From Chthoniobacterales bacterium (lineage in GTDB: Bacteria; Verrucomicrobiota; Verrucomicrobiia; Chthoniobacterales; JAFAMB01): DNA of 45,022 nucleotides. The position numbers and the translations under genes are program-made. The notes beneath the pieces are model-generated. The model was given only the letters and a program-made list of their open reading frames with translations. It ran no database searches and was not told the DNA's origin. Of this stretch, positions 8,496 to 17,393 are shown piece by piece. The number at the start of each line of letters is the position of its first letter. The stretch's first letter is position 1. The stretch covers positions 1-45,022 of the forward strand of contig DASTDH010000409.1 in NCBI GenBank assembly GCA_035710445.1, read 5' to 3'.

Positions 8496-9492
8496 TGCTG
8501 CCAAACCTGTCCCAGCCGTCCTGGTGATGAAATTCTGAGGAGCGAAGAACAAAACTCGCTGCTATTCTGAAGCAATTCGAATAGAACAGCTCCACTCCGA
8601 ATATGATATCGGCCACCAAATAGTTCTTTGGCACGCTTCGGCTTGAGGCAAAACTGTTGCCATCCAAAAAAATATTTCGCGCAATTGCGCGTCCCTGCGC
8701 TCCCGCAAAAAAAGAAAAACCCAACCCGAGGTTTTTGGCTCTGGCCGCCTCGAAATAACCGGTACCAGAGTAAGCCGGACGAATGAGTTCTGGACCCCAA
8801 TTCGCCTTCAATCCTCGACCGAGGCGAAAAAGGCCGCCTGCTTCGGCATAGGTTAGCACATTACCGGCGGTGCCTCCGATATCCGGAATGAATTCGAAAC
8901 CAAGCTTGCCGGGGAGTTCAATGCCTAATCGCCATTTTCGTTCCCACGAAGCGTTGAATCCGAACTCATTTGCGAGTTGATGGCTCCAGCCTTTGGCTTT
9001 GCCGGTAGCATTAAATTCATGGAAATCATTCTGTGTCTGGCGTCCGAGCGCGTCCGAACCAACTACCCCGAACTGCAACTCGAATGAGTCGAGCCGGTGA
9101 TCGGCCGCGTTTTGAATGAAATCAAAACCACCGTAAAGCCAGCCGGCGTAAGGCCGATCGCGAGGATCCGGATTGTCGACGTGAATATTAGCAGGGGTAA
9201 AAAGGCTTTGGCCGAGCACGGTCCACTCCAGCCGGTCATCCAGGTCGGTCTCTCGGGTCGCGAAGAGGAAAAGATAGTTCCGTAATACTTTGATTGGCGC
9301 GTTGAAAAAGCTTTCGTCTGCCAACTGCGGCGTCACGTAAGCAATCTTGAGCCCCTGCGTATAATGTCTGTCGGTGTTAAAGAAAACATCGTTCTCTTCA
9401 ATTGCATCGAGACGACCGATGGAATCTGCAAAACCGCGGCCCGCTCCGAGCACCGAAAAGAACGTCAGGACGAAAAGAACACGAATGTTCAT
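8473..9492 (-). CDS. LpxR-like lipid A deacylase family (DUF2219) outer-membrane protein
   Basis: ATG at 9492 gives the signal peptide MNIRVLFVLTFFSVLGAGRGFA. Family-typical motifs are present: ENDVFFNTDRHYTQG, DRPYAGWLY, GW.HQL.NE, NIFLDGNSF and a C-terminal F. The 3' end overlaps the convergent AKR by 23 nt. Confidence 0.65.
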   Translation of the reverse strand: MNIRVLFVLTFFSVLGAGRGFADSIGRLDAIEENDVFFNTDRHYTQGLKIAYVTPQLADESFFNAPIKVLRNYLFLFATRETDLDDRLEWTVLGQSLFTPANIHVDNPDPRDRPYAGWLYGGFDFIQNAADHRLDSFELQFGVVGSDALGRQTQNDFHEFNATGKAKGWSHQLANEFGFNASWERKWRLGIELPGKLGFEFIPDIGGTAGNVLTYAEAGGLFRLGRGLKANWGPELIRPAYSGTGYFEAARAKNLGLGFSFFAGAQGRAIARNIFLDGNSFASSRSVPKNYLVADIIFGVELFYSNCFRIAASFVLRSSEFHHQDGWDRFGSINCSFEF

Positions 9493-9719
9493 GCTACGCT
9501 TCTCGGTTGGAAAATTGAGCGCCACCCCGCATCAGGTTACCATCCCTTGTTCGACTTCTTTGCCAGCAAACCACAAATCGAGATTAAGGCGCAAGCAAAA
9601 CGAGCCGATTGTTCCGTATGGATCAGAAAGACCGGCACATGTTATGATTTGCTATCAGTCGAGATTCTGGCCGATGCACTGGTTTGACCGTACCTGGTGC
9701 GCGGGAATTGCGGATGGGC

Positions 9720-9743
9720 GAGGTAGGGCGTGTCCGTCCCGGG
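9720..9743 (+). repeat. dispersed GC-rich repeat family R1, copy a (GAGGTAGGGCG-GTCCGTCCCGG core)
   Basis: The sequence gaggtagggcgtgtccgtcccggg matches the copies at 13909, 14090-14170 (reverse), 29406 and 44751. Confidence 0.7.
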
Positions 9744-9934
9744 TTCGATCGTAGTCTGATCCAGCCCTCAGTGAAACAATCGGAGGCAGTCACACGATCT
9801 TTGGTGACGCTGCAGCGAGTTCTAACCCGCTAGGCTAATCGGAATCCGCCGATCTGGGATAGACCGCCCGACCTGAATCAAACTGCAAACCTCTGAGGTG
9901 GCATACCGTAGGTCGATCATGCTAGCTTCTAGTT

Positions 9935-10963
9935 ATGGCGAGGCAAACGTTAGGACAGAAAAAGCACATTACCATCCATGACGTGGCAGCTCAGTCTGGG
10001 GTCTCTTATCAGACCGTCTCTCGGGTAATTAACAATATGCCCGATGTGGCTCCCAAAACTCGATTGCGCATTCTCAATGTGATGGAGGATCTGGGGTATC
10101 GGCCAAACATGACGGCGCGACATCTAGTAAGTCAGCGTTCGACCGTGATCGGTTTCGTCACATGGGCTACCAGCTTTTATGGTCCGGCCCAGATAATGAT
10201 TAACGTAGAGCGAGCGGCCAGAGAAACGGATTATACCTTAATGTTCGCCGGGATTCGAGACGCCACTATCGATCGGATTCGTCGAGCGGTTAACAAACTG
10301 TGCGCTCATCGGGTAGCCGGGATCCTGATGCATTTGCCGTTTGAGATGGACTTGCGTCCCCTGCGCGAAATGTGTGTGAACGTGCCGTTGGTGGCGGTGG
10401 ACTGTGACCTCGGCTTTGAAGCGCCTTCTGTCCACTTTCGTCAAGAACACGGAGCCTATCTCGCAACCAAATATTTGCTCGGCCTGGGACATTCGAAGGT
10501 CGCTTACCTCCGTGGACCGATGGTCTGGCGTGTCGCCCGGCTGCGCTATCAAGGCTGGTTGAAAGCGGTGAAGGAGGGCGGCCAACCACCCGGTCCTTGT
10601 GTCGACGGGAACTGGACTTCGCGAGGAGGATTTGATGCGACTCTCAAGTTGCTCAGAGAATACCAGGGAGAATTTTCGGCTCTAGCGGTCGCTAACGACC
10701 AAATGGCGCTGGGGGCTATTCGCGCGTTTGAAGAACGTGGTCTGCGTGTGCCGCAGGATATTTCCGTGGTCGGATTTGATAACCTTCCGGAAGCCGAGTT
10801 TTTTCGTCCGCCGCTTTCAACGATCAAGCACGATTTTGTTAGCATTGGCACATTAAGCATTCGCTGTCTGATGGATCAATTGCGCGGAAGCCGGGAGAGC
10901 GCGCAGGTCTATACGATCGAGCCAACTTTTGTCGAACGCCTGAGCGCGACCGGGCTAAAGTAG
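9935..10963 (+). CDS. LacI-family transcriptional regulator
   Basis: N-terminal HTH ITIHDVAAQSGVSYQTVSRVINN is followed by a periplasmic-binding-fold sugar sensor domain (VAVANDQMALGAIRA...VPQDISVVGFDN). Confidence 0.92.
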   Translation: MARQTLGQKKHITIHDVAAQSGVSYQTVSRVINNMPDVAPKTRLRILNVMEDLGYRPNMTARHLVSQRSTVIGFVTWATSFYGPAQIMINVERAARETDYTLMFAGIRDATIDRIRRAVNKLCAHRVAGILMHLPFEMDLRPLREMCVNVPLVAVDCDLGFEAPSVHFRQEHGAYLATKYLLGLGHSKVAYLRGPMVWRVARLRYQGWLKAVKEGGQPPGPCVDGNWTSRGGFDATLKLLREYQGEFSALAVANDQMALGAIRAFEERGLRVPQDISVVGFDNLPEAEFFRPPLSTIKHDFVSIGTLSIRCLMDQLRGSRESAQVYTIEPTFVERLSATGLK

Positions 10964-11023
10964 CACAACCGAGTGGCCGCAACCCGACTACTTTTCCTTT
11001 GACATTTCCGTCTATTATATTAT

Positions 11024-11043
11024 TTCCGTGAACGTTCTCGGAA
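11024..11043. promoter_or_regulatory. candidate LacI-type operator (20-bp palindrome TTCCGtGAACGTTCtCGGAA) upstream of the GH51 gene
   Basis: Nine of 10 base pairs are symmetric around a central AACGTT/CG. It lies about 85 nt upstream of ATG 11127. It is preceded by TTGACA (10999-11004) and an AT-rich TATTATATTAT stretch, and the LacI gene ends 60 nt upstream. Confidence 0.5.
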
Positions 11044-11126
11044 GCATTCGTATTCGTTTCCGAGCTCATCTTTACCCCCCAAGGAACGGAAACCCCGAGC
11101 ACAGCTCGGCATCACTGAAAGGATTC

Positions 11127-13751
11127 ATGCGAACACGTATTTCGCTCCCCTCCGCGCTACGGACTCATGTCCGCCCATTGTCGTTGCTCGCGCCTGCTTT
11201 CCTACTGCTGTCAACCGCTGCTGCTTTGCGCGCACAAACACCAACTCCGGCCGCTTACCTGACATTCGATGAAGGATCTGGCACAGTTGCCCACGATACT
11301 TCAGGTAACAATGACGACGCTACCCTGTTGGGCGGCGCTGGTTGGACCACCGGCTTGGTGGGACCAGGCGCACTCAATCTGACCGGCGCAGCCAGCGCCT
11401 ATGCCGACATCCCGCGAGACGTTGTCGATACCACCAAGAGTTTCACTGTCGCAGCATGGGTCAAGCTCAACAGCTTAGGCGGTTACCAGACATTCGTAAG
11501 TGAGGATTCCGGTTTCCAAGCCACGTTCTTCCTACAAAAGCGCGGCGACACCAACACGTTCACCTTCACCCAGCCGTTTGGCGCAGCCGGCGGACCCGGC
11601 GTTGCCGTTTACGCCGACTCAGGGATGACGCCTACGGTCGGCACCTGGTACCACCTAACCGGGGTCTATGATGCGATCCAACAATCCGCTTCGATCTATG
11701 TGAATGGCGTGCTGGCGGGACAGGTATACAGCGTATCTCCCAGCCCGGCAAACGGCCATACCGGAATCGGTCACGGCCAATATAATAACAGTTATGTGGA
11801 TTGGGTAAACGGTTCCATCGACGATGTACGCCTCTACCAGGCTGCACTTACCCCAGACCAGATCCTGACAATCGCTCGAATCGGCGATCCCTCGTTGCCG
11901 GGGCCGCAACCGGTTCAACCGGCTACACTGGACGTTGACGGCTTTCACCCGGGCGCCCACATCAATCCCAAGTTCTACGGATTGATGACCGAAGAGATCA
12001 ATCATTCGTACGATGGAGGTATCTACGGCGAGTTGGTCCAGAACCGGGTGTTCAAGGACGATCCGAGCACGCCAGTGCATTGGACACTCGTACAGGATAA
12101 CGGCGGAGCCGGCTCGATTACACTCGATACCACTCAGGCGGTCAGCAGTACAGCTCTGACCAACAGTCTCAGAGTTGACGTTAGCAAGGGTCAACGGGTC
12201 GGCGCGGCGAACGATGGATTCTGGGGCGTCCCGGTCAAGCCTTTGACAACCTATCACGCCTCTTTTTGGGCGAAGGCCGCCCCTGGCTTTACCGGTCCAT
12301 TAACGTTGGATATCGAGAGCAGCGACGGGTCGACTGTTTATGCTCGCGCCCAGGTGCCGCAGATCACCGAGGTCGGGACGAAATATCGGGTCGAATTCAG
12401 AAGTTCTCTGGTGCCGTCCAGCGCAAATACGCGCTACGTCATCTCAACCGGCAGCCCCGGAACTTTTTGGCTGACTCAAGTCTCACTGTTTCCGGCAACT
12501 TATCGAAATCGCCCCAACGGTAATCGAATCGATTTGATGGAGAAACTAGCGGCAATGAAGCCTGCCTTCCTGCGCCTGCCGGGAGGAAATTATCTTGAAG
12601 GCAACACGATCGACCAGCGATTCGAATGGAAAGACACGGTTGGCCCAATCGAACAAAGACCCGGCCATGAAAGTCCCTGGGGTTATCGCTCAGATGACGG
12701 CTTGGGTCTGCTTGAATTCGCGGAATGGTGCGAGGACCTACAGATGGAACCGGTGCTGGCGGTGTATGCTGGGTATTCGCTGAATGGCACTGTCGTTCCT
12801 GATTTGGCACCGTACGTGCAGGATGCCGTGGATGAAATCCAATATCTCACGGGTGCCCCCAGCACCACTTGGGGAGCGAAGCGCGCAGCGGACGGTCATC
12901 CGGCACCGTTCCCCCTCCACTACGTCGAAATCGGTAACGAAGATTTCTTTGACCGATCAGGGAGTTATGACGCTCGCTTTGCTGCGTTCTACGATGCGAT
13001 CAAGGCCGCTTACCCCAATCTTCAATTGATCGCGACGACCGGTGTGACCAGCCGGACCCCAGATATAATTGATGAGCACTACTATCGGGGACCAGGCTCG
13101 TTCGAAAACGACGTTCACCACTACGATAGTTACAAGCGGACCGGTCCGAAGATCTTTGTTGGCGAATGGGCTTCGCAAGAGGGATTCCCGACTCCGAACC
13201 TGCATGCTGCACTGGGTGACGCCGCCTGGTTGACCGGTCTGGAGCGCAACTCGGATATCGTAATTCTGGAATCCTATGCTCCACTGTTGGTTAACGTAAA
13301 TCCGGGCGCCAGCCAATGGCCGACGAACCTGATTGGCTATGATGCCTTGCAAAGCTACGGATCACCCTCGTACTACGTGCAGGTCATGTTCAGTAATTAC
13401 CATGGGGATGTGGTTTTACCGACGACGTTGACGTCGACCGGTGGATCGAAGGTATATGCGAGTGTCACTCGCGACAGTCGAGATGGGACGATCTATCTGA
13501 AAGTCGTCAACGCAGCCGCCGATCCGCAGCCGCTGCGCGTCAATCTCAATGGTGTCGGACAAGTTTCCTCGTCCGGTACAGTGGTGGTCCTTACCAGCAC
13601 CACTCCATCGGCCGGCAACAAACCTGGTGAAACCGACAAAGCGGTGCCGGTTAGCAGTAGAGTAGATGGTCTCGGTCGAGTTTTTAACTACAACTTTGCT
13701 CCGTTCTCGGTCACTGTTCTACAAATCGACTCCGGCGATGGACAACATTAA
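11127..13751 (+). CDS. secreted alpha-L-arabinofuranosidase, GH51 catalytic module with N-terminal LamG/concanavalin-like domain
   Basis: ATG at 11127 gives a signal peptide (MRTRISLPSALRTHVRPLSLLAPAFLLLSTAAALRAQ). The LamG_3-type segment reads LTFDEGSGT.AHDTSGN...FTVAAWVKL...GSIDDVRLYQAAL. The GH51 core reads NPKFYGLMTEEINHSYDGGIYGELVQNR, LRLPGGNYLEG, WGYRSDDGLGLLEF and YVEIGNEDF. Confidence 0.85.
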   Translation: MRTRISLPSALRTHVRPLSLLAPAFLLLSTAAALRAQTPTPAAYLTFDEGSGTVAHDTSGNNDDATLLGGAGWTTGLVGPGALNLTGAASAYADIPRDVVDTTKSFTVAAWVKLNSLGGYQTFVSEDSGFQATFFLQKRGDTNTFTFTQPFGAAGGPGVAVYADSGMTPTVGTWYHLTGVYDAIQQSASIYVNGVLAGQVYSVSPSPANGHTGIGHGQYNNSYVDWVNGSIDDVRLYQAALTPDQILTIARIGDPSLPGPQPVQPATLDVDGFHPGAHINPKFYGLMTEEINHSYDGGIYGELVQNRVFKDDPSTPVHWTLVQDNGGAGSITLDTTQAVSSTALTNSLRVDVSKGQRVGAANDGFWGVPVKPLTTYHASFWAKAAPGFTGPLTLDIESSDGSTVYARAQVPQITEVGTKYRVEFRSSLVPSSANTRYVISTGSPGTFWLTQVSLFPATYRNRPNGNRIDLMEKLAAMKPAFLRLPGGNYLEGNTIDQRFEWKDTVGPIEQRPGHESPWGYRSDDGLGLLEFAEWCEDLQMEPVLAVYAGYSLNGTVVPDLAPYVQDAVDEIQYLTGAPSTTWGAKRAADGHPAPFPLHYVEIGNEDFFDRSGSYDARFAAFYDAIKAAYPNLQLIATTGVTSRTPDIIDEHYYRGPGSFENDVHHYDSYKRTGPKIFVGEWASQEGFPTPNLHAALGDAAWLTGLERNSDIVILESYAPLLVNVNPGASQWPTNLIGYDALQSYGSPSYYVQVMFSNYHGDVVLPTTLTSTGGSKVYASVTRDSRDGTIYLKVVNAAADPQPLRVNLNGVGQVSSSGTVVVLTSTTPSAGNKPGETDKAVPVSSRVDGLGRVFNYNFAPFSVTVLQIDSGDGQH

Positions 13752-13792
13752 GTTAGGAGCTGATAGCGCCTAGTACCGCGGCCGTTGCCGGT

Positions 13793-13831
13793 AACGCCGA
13801 GAACTGTAGACTGCAAGCCGTTCTCGGCGTT
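13793..13831 (+). terminator. 12-bp perfect hairpin downstream of the GH51 gene (no U-tract)
   Basis: AACGCCGAGAAC (13793-13804) pairs with GTTCTCGGCGTT (13820-13831) across a 15-nt loop. It lies 42 nt after the stop. Confidence 0.4.
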
Positions 13832-13908
13832 GAACCAACTAATGGAACAAAGTCTCCCGTCGCGCCGGTGCCGTGCCTAACGGTGGGCGAAACGCCCAGC
13901 TTGGATCT

Positions 13909-13950
13909 ACGCGAGAGAGATAGGGCTTGTCCGTCCCCACCGCCGGGTTA
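13909..13950 (+). repeat. repeat family R1, copy b (extended form)
   Basis: The sequence is acgcgagagagatagggcttgtccgtccccaccgccgggtta. It is inverted relative to the copies at 14090-14170. Confidence 0.7.
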
Positions 13951-14089
13951 GGCCCGGCTAAGCTAGAAATATTACTAGAGGTTTAATCGGGTTAAGATTC
14001 GTCGTCGCTAACGAAACAATCGCGCGCCGGCGATTTCCGCCTTCGCAGTCGTGTTTGCCAAAAAACTTAAAGACGTTCAAGGGTTCGGA

Positions 14090-14170
14090 CGGCGGTCCGG
14101 GACGGACGCGCCCTACCTCTCTTGCGTAACCCGGCGGTCCGGGGACGGACCTGTCCTGCCTCTCGTGAAC
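14090..14170 (-). repeat. repeat family R1, two tandem copies (c1 14090-14127, c2 14127-14170) in reverse orientation
   Basis: The reverse complements read acgcaagagaggtagggcgcgtccgtcccggaccgccg and gttcacgagaggcaggacaggtccgtccccggaccgccgggtta. Confidence 0.7.
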
Positions 14171-14321
14171 AGGCAGATAAGCACGTCCAACAGTCAAATC
14201 TTTTCAGAATTGCGGAAAGCGGATAGCGGAACGCGGTCGCGTTCGCTAAGCTTTCGGCGCATTCGACAGCTTTGCTCTGCTGTTGATCGTGTGCTTTGGG
14301 CGATGTGGGCGCCAATTCGAT

Positions 14322-14768
14322 ATGGTATCAAGAAGCTCAGAACCGCCGAGTATCGTAGTGGTGGACGATGACCCTCAGATCAGGGACCTTATCGGTCGTT
14401 GCCTCATTGAGTTTGGCGCCTCAGTGACCCCTTGCGAGGACGCCTTCGCAGCAGTCGAAGTGATTAAGATAGTTCAGCCTGATGTCGTCTTAGCCGACCT
14501 CGTTATGCCCGGTCGGTACGGTCTTGACCTTCTCTACGAAATAAGAAGTTGGGGGGCAGAACATGGCGGCGACGTGCCGGCTATTGTAATCACCGGGCTG
14601 CACGATCCCGATCTAGAGAGCGAGATCAGGAAGGGCGGGTTCGGCTACCTGGCCAAGCCGTTTACGCCGATCAAGTTATTCAACACGATCATTCAGGCTT
14701 TGGGTCTGCTACCTCCGCCAAAGCGGACGTTGGCCGAATCTCCTGTGCTCGCTCACTCGGCTTCGTAG
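14322..14768 (+). CDS. single-domain CheY-like response regulator receiver protein
   Basis: ATG at 14322 gives SIVVVDDDPQIRDLI...VVLADLVMPGRYG...VITGLHD...YLAKPF, which carries the DD, D, T and K receiver signature residues. There is no output domain and no kinase gene in the window. Confidence 0.85.
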   Translation: MVSRSSEPPSIVVVDDDPQIRDLIGRCLIEFGASVTPCEDAFAAVEVIKIVQPDVVLADLVMPGRYGLDLLYEIRSWGAEHGGDVPAIVITGLHDPDLESEIRKGGFGYLAKPFTPIKLFNTIIQALGLLPPPKRTLAESPVLAHSAS

Positions 14769-15122
14769 ATCCCTTGATTTGTCCATCCAACATGCGGACG
14801 CACCCACTATTCTTGAGACATTTTTCCGCTCGGTTTTCGGCTGAAATGACGGCGCAGATTGGCTTGGTTGGTGCGAAGAACCCGCTGGCTAGCCCAGCTA
14901 CAAGCAGTTTTCAAAACTGGTTGTAGCTGTCCCTCGGGGCGAAAGTTGCCTCCGCTCCAGCGGGTGCGACTTTCGGGCTAGTGCACCACTTCGGCCCGGA
15001 GCTCGCCAGTCACTCGCCAACCGGGCAAAACGTCAAAAGGCAATTAGGCTTGACCTCGATCGCTCTCGTATGATCTCGATACCTCGTGTCCGCTGTCCGT
15101 ACTAGCCAATCGGGGTAGCTGA

Positions 15123-16109
15123 ATGCAAACAAACGCGCAATGGGGATTTCTCGATCGGCGGATCGAGACTTTTGATCCCGAGAATCTTCTGGAAGTAATC
15201 CGCGACGGACGATTTGATCACCGGTTGCTGAAAAGCGGCCGCTTCGAAGTTAGGCACCGCCGGGTCGTTTTCGGTAACTCCTCTCTGGATTGCGGAGACT
15301 ATTCACCAGCATTTGCAGTCAACGGACAGTTTTCCACCGATCAAATTTGCCTCGGATTCACGCCTCGCGTTGAGAAGCCGGCTTGGTGCAACGGATTCCA
15401 CGTCGCCAAAGGGGAGATACTTTGTTTCACCGAGGGAGCAGAACTACAGTTTAGCAATGCCCCTAGAACGACTTGGCAAGCGCTCTTAATCGATCGCCGC
15501 GAATTGCAAGAAGTTGCAACGATTCTCACTGGCCGGCCTTTGGAACTGCCGGAACGCGGGACGATCAATTTCAAAGCTCCGGATCAAGCCAGTAGCCTCG
15601 CCTCGACGGTCCAATGCGCTCTCTCGGATCTGGCCGAGTCGGGGGCGCTGAGCGATTCTGCGGCGGGAAACCTTTGCGAGGAAATCGTCAATGAATTTGT
15701 TCGTGCGATTGCCTACACCGACCAGTCCTCTCAAAAAAGCCACAGAGACTTCGCCGGTTATCGCTTTGCCGCCATGCGACGAGCTGAAGAATTTCTTCGA
15801 GAGCACATGGATGCGCCCTATAGCAGCCGCGGTTTGTGTAGCGCCACCCGGATGAGCGAACGTTGCATCGAAATGCTCTTCAAGGAGGCGTACGGTATTT
15901 CTCCGCGCACCTGGTCTCAGATCGCTCGACTGAATGCGGCGCGCCAAGACCTGCTCGAAAGGAATATCGAAGACGTTCGCGTGAGTGATGTCGCGGTACG
16001 CTGGGGCTTTTTCCACTTCGGCCGCTTTTCAGCCGCCTATCGCAATCTCTTTGGAGAGCTTCCATCTGCGACGGCGGCAATCAAACGCCGGCCCACAGTT
16101 GGGTTCTGA
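15123..16109 (+). CDS. AraC-family transcriptional regulator
   Basis: The C-terminal double HTH reads MSERCIEMLFKEAYGISPRTWSQIARLNAARQDLL...VSDVAVRWGFFHFGRFSAAYRNLFGELPS. Confidence 0.85.
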   Translation: MQTNAQWGFLDRRIETFDPENLLEVIRDGRFDHRLLKSGRFEVRHRRVVFGNSSLDCGDYSPAFAVNGQFSTDQICLGFTPRVEKPAWCNGFHVAKGEILCFTEGAELQFSNAPRTTWQALLIDRRELQEVATILTGRPLELPERGTINFKAPDQASSLASTVQCALSDLAESGALSDSAAGNLCEEIVNEFVRAIAYTDQSSQKSHRDFAGYRFAAMRRAEEFLREHMDAPYSSRGLCSATRMSERCIEMLFKEAYGISPRTWSQIARLNAARQDLLERNIEDVRVSDVAVRWGFFHFGRFSAAYRNLFGELPSATAAIKRRPTVGF

Positions 16110-16149
16110 TGGTTTCTCCGGTACAAGCGGCGACTCTCCAGCTGGGTCC

Positions 16150-16390
16150 CTCAGCGTCTTCCGCCAAAGCGGTTGAACGAAGCAATTTGGTGTGGCGGAC
16201 CTGAGAGCGCAGTCGCCACCGCTTACCATCACCTTGCACGCACTGGCCTGCGAATGATGCCAAGGCGGCTGCATTTTGAGGCCGATGTGAACGAATCGCT
16301 CCGTCCGGATTTTTGACCTTGGTGACACCAGCGGCTTCGCGGGATCCGACGTCGTCCCGCTCAAGCAAGGCGCTCGCTGCCGCCATCGGA
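16150..16390 (-). repeat. dispersed repeat family R2 (about 220 bp), copy 1
   Basis: It contains gcttcgcgggatccgacgtcgtcc (16334-16357), the exact inverse of 30283-30306. It also contains gagagcgcagtcgcc (16203-16217) and aacgaatcgctccgtccgg, both shared with the 24040-24300 and 30270-30500 copies. Confidence 0.7.
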
Positions 16391-16476
16391 CTATTTCGGA
16401 GAAGCTAGGCCCCTACCGACCAACGGGCGAGATCAGTTAGGATCTCGTTTTAACGTAACTCCGCGATTAAAAGAAG

Positions 16477-17310
16477 TTAGCTCTTCAATCTGATCGCTTT
16501 ATACGCCTTCATTGTTTCCGTAATCGCCTTTTCCACCGGCAACCGCTCCATACTCGAAGCACCGTAAAATCCGTGAACGCCCTCAGTCCGATTGAGTACA
16601 TACTCCGCATCACTTGGCTCGGAGATCGGTCCACCATGACACAGAACGATCACGTCGCGGTTTACACTTTTTGCCGCTTCGGCAATTCCCTGAACTTTGG
16701 CCGGTGCTTCCTCCAATGTGACCGCAGTGGTCGCACCAATTGATCCCTTAGTTGTCAACCCCAGATGCGCTACAACCACGTCGGCTCCGGCTCCGGCCAT
16801 TGCTTTTGCGTCCTCAGCATTAAAACAATAAGGAGTGGTCAGCAAACCCATTTCGTGAGCCTGACGAATCATGTCAATCTCGAGGCCGTACCCCATGCCG
16901 GTTTCTTCCAGGTTTTGCCGGAACAGTCCGTCTATCAGACCCACCGTTGGGAAATTCTGTACCCCGGAAAAGCCAACCTCAGCGACTTGCTCTAAAAATA
17001 GCGGCATTGGGCGAAACGGATCGGTTCCGCAAACGCCGGCGAGCACGGGTGTATCTTTCACAATGGTTAAGACCTCACCCGCCATCTCCATCACGATTGC
17101 ATTGGCGTCTCCATAAGGCATCAGGCCGGAAAGAGAACCACGCCCCGCCATCCGGTATCGCCCGCTATTATAAATAATGATAAGATCCACCCCTCCCGCC
17201 TCTTCGAACTTAGCCGAGATTCCAGTCCCGGCTCCTCCCCCAATGATCGGGCGCCCTTCCCCAATGATTTTCTGCAGCCGCTCCAGAACTTGTTTTCGAG
17301 TAAACGCCAT
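16477..17310 (-). CDS. phosphoenolpyruvate-hydrolase-like TIM-barrel protein (Tm-1 C-terminal-domain homologue)
   Basis: The sequence [60 protein letters not shown] is the characteristic opening of the PEP_hydrolase family. It sits immediately downstream of a UPF0261 gene, the usual pairing. Confidence 0.75.
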   Translation of the reverse strand: MAFTRKQVLERLQKIIGEGRPIIGGGAGTGISAKFEEAGGVDLIIIYNSGRYRMAGRGSLSGLMPYGDANAIVMEMAGEVLTIVKDTPVLAGVCGTDPFRPMPLFLEQVAEVGFSGVQNFPTVGLIDGLFRQNLEETGMGYGLEIDMIRQAHEMGLLTTPYCFNAEDAKAMAGAGADVVVAHLGLTTKGSIGATTAVTLEEAPAKVQGIAEAAKSVNRDVIVLCHGGPISEPSDAEYVLNRTEGVHGFYGASSMERLPVEKAITETMKAYKAIRLKS

Positions 17311-17393
17311 AGCTAGTCAGCGAACGACAACGAACGCCAGCATGCGCCTCGTTCTCCGTTCATGGGTGTTCACTACCCCTTCCTTCGTGTTGA

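Noticed and set aside
10839-11102. Minus-strand ORF containing YRPARSPGF, resembling the RSPGF tail of the small secreted peptides
   Set aside because: It lies antisense to the well-supported C-terminus of the LacI regulator. It has no signal peptide and no FGS ending, and the motif is internal. I judge it a chance 5-residue match.
13909-14170. Calling the inverted R1 structure a mobile element (MITE)
   Set aside because: I could not identify target-site duplications or clear element termini. No transposase, RAYT or integrase is present in the window. It is kept as a repeat, not a mobile_element.
14051-14371. 106-aa ORF crossing the tandem R1 repeats and running into the response-regulator gene
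   Set aside because: It reads through repeat DNA (…GRRSGTDAPYL…RRSGDGPVLPL…). It overlaps the better-supported receiver gene in another frame.
16029-16386. ORFs 16029..16364 and 16081..16386 (and 30232..30552, 30272..30475, 30405..30788) sharing DDVGSREAA / RWRLR peptides
   Set aside because: The shared peptides arise from identical DNA in the R2 repeat read in one frame. There is no synonymous variation. The ORFs overlap each other and have biased composition. I treat them as non-coding repeat copies.
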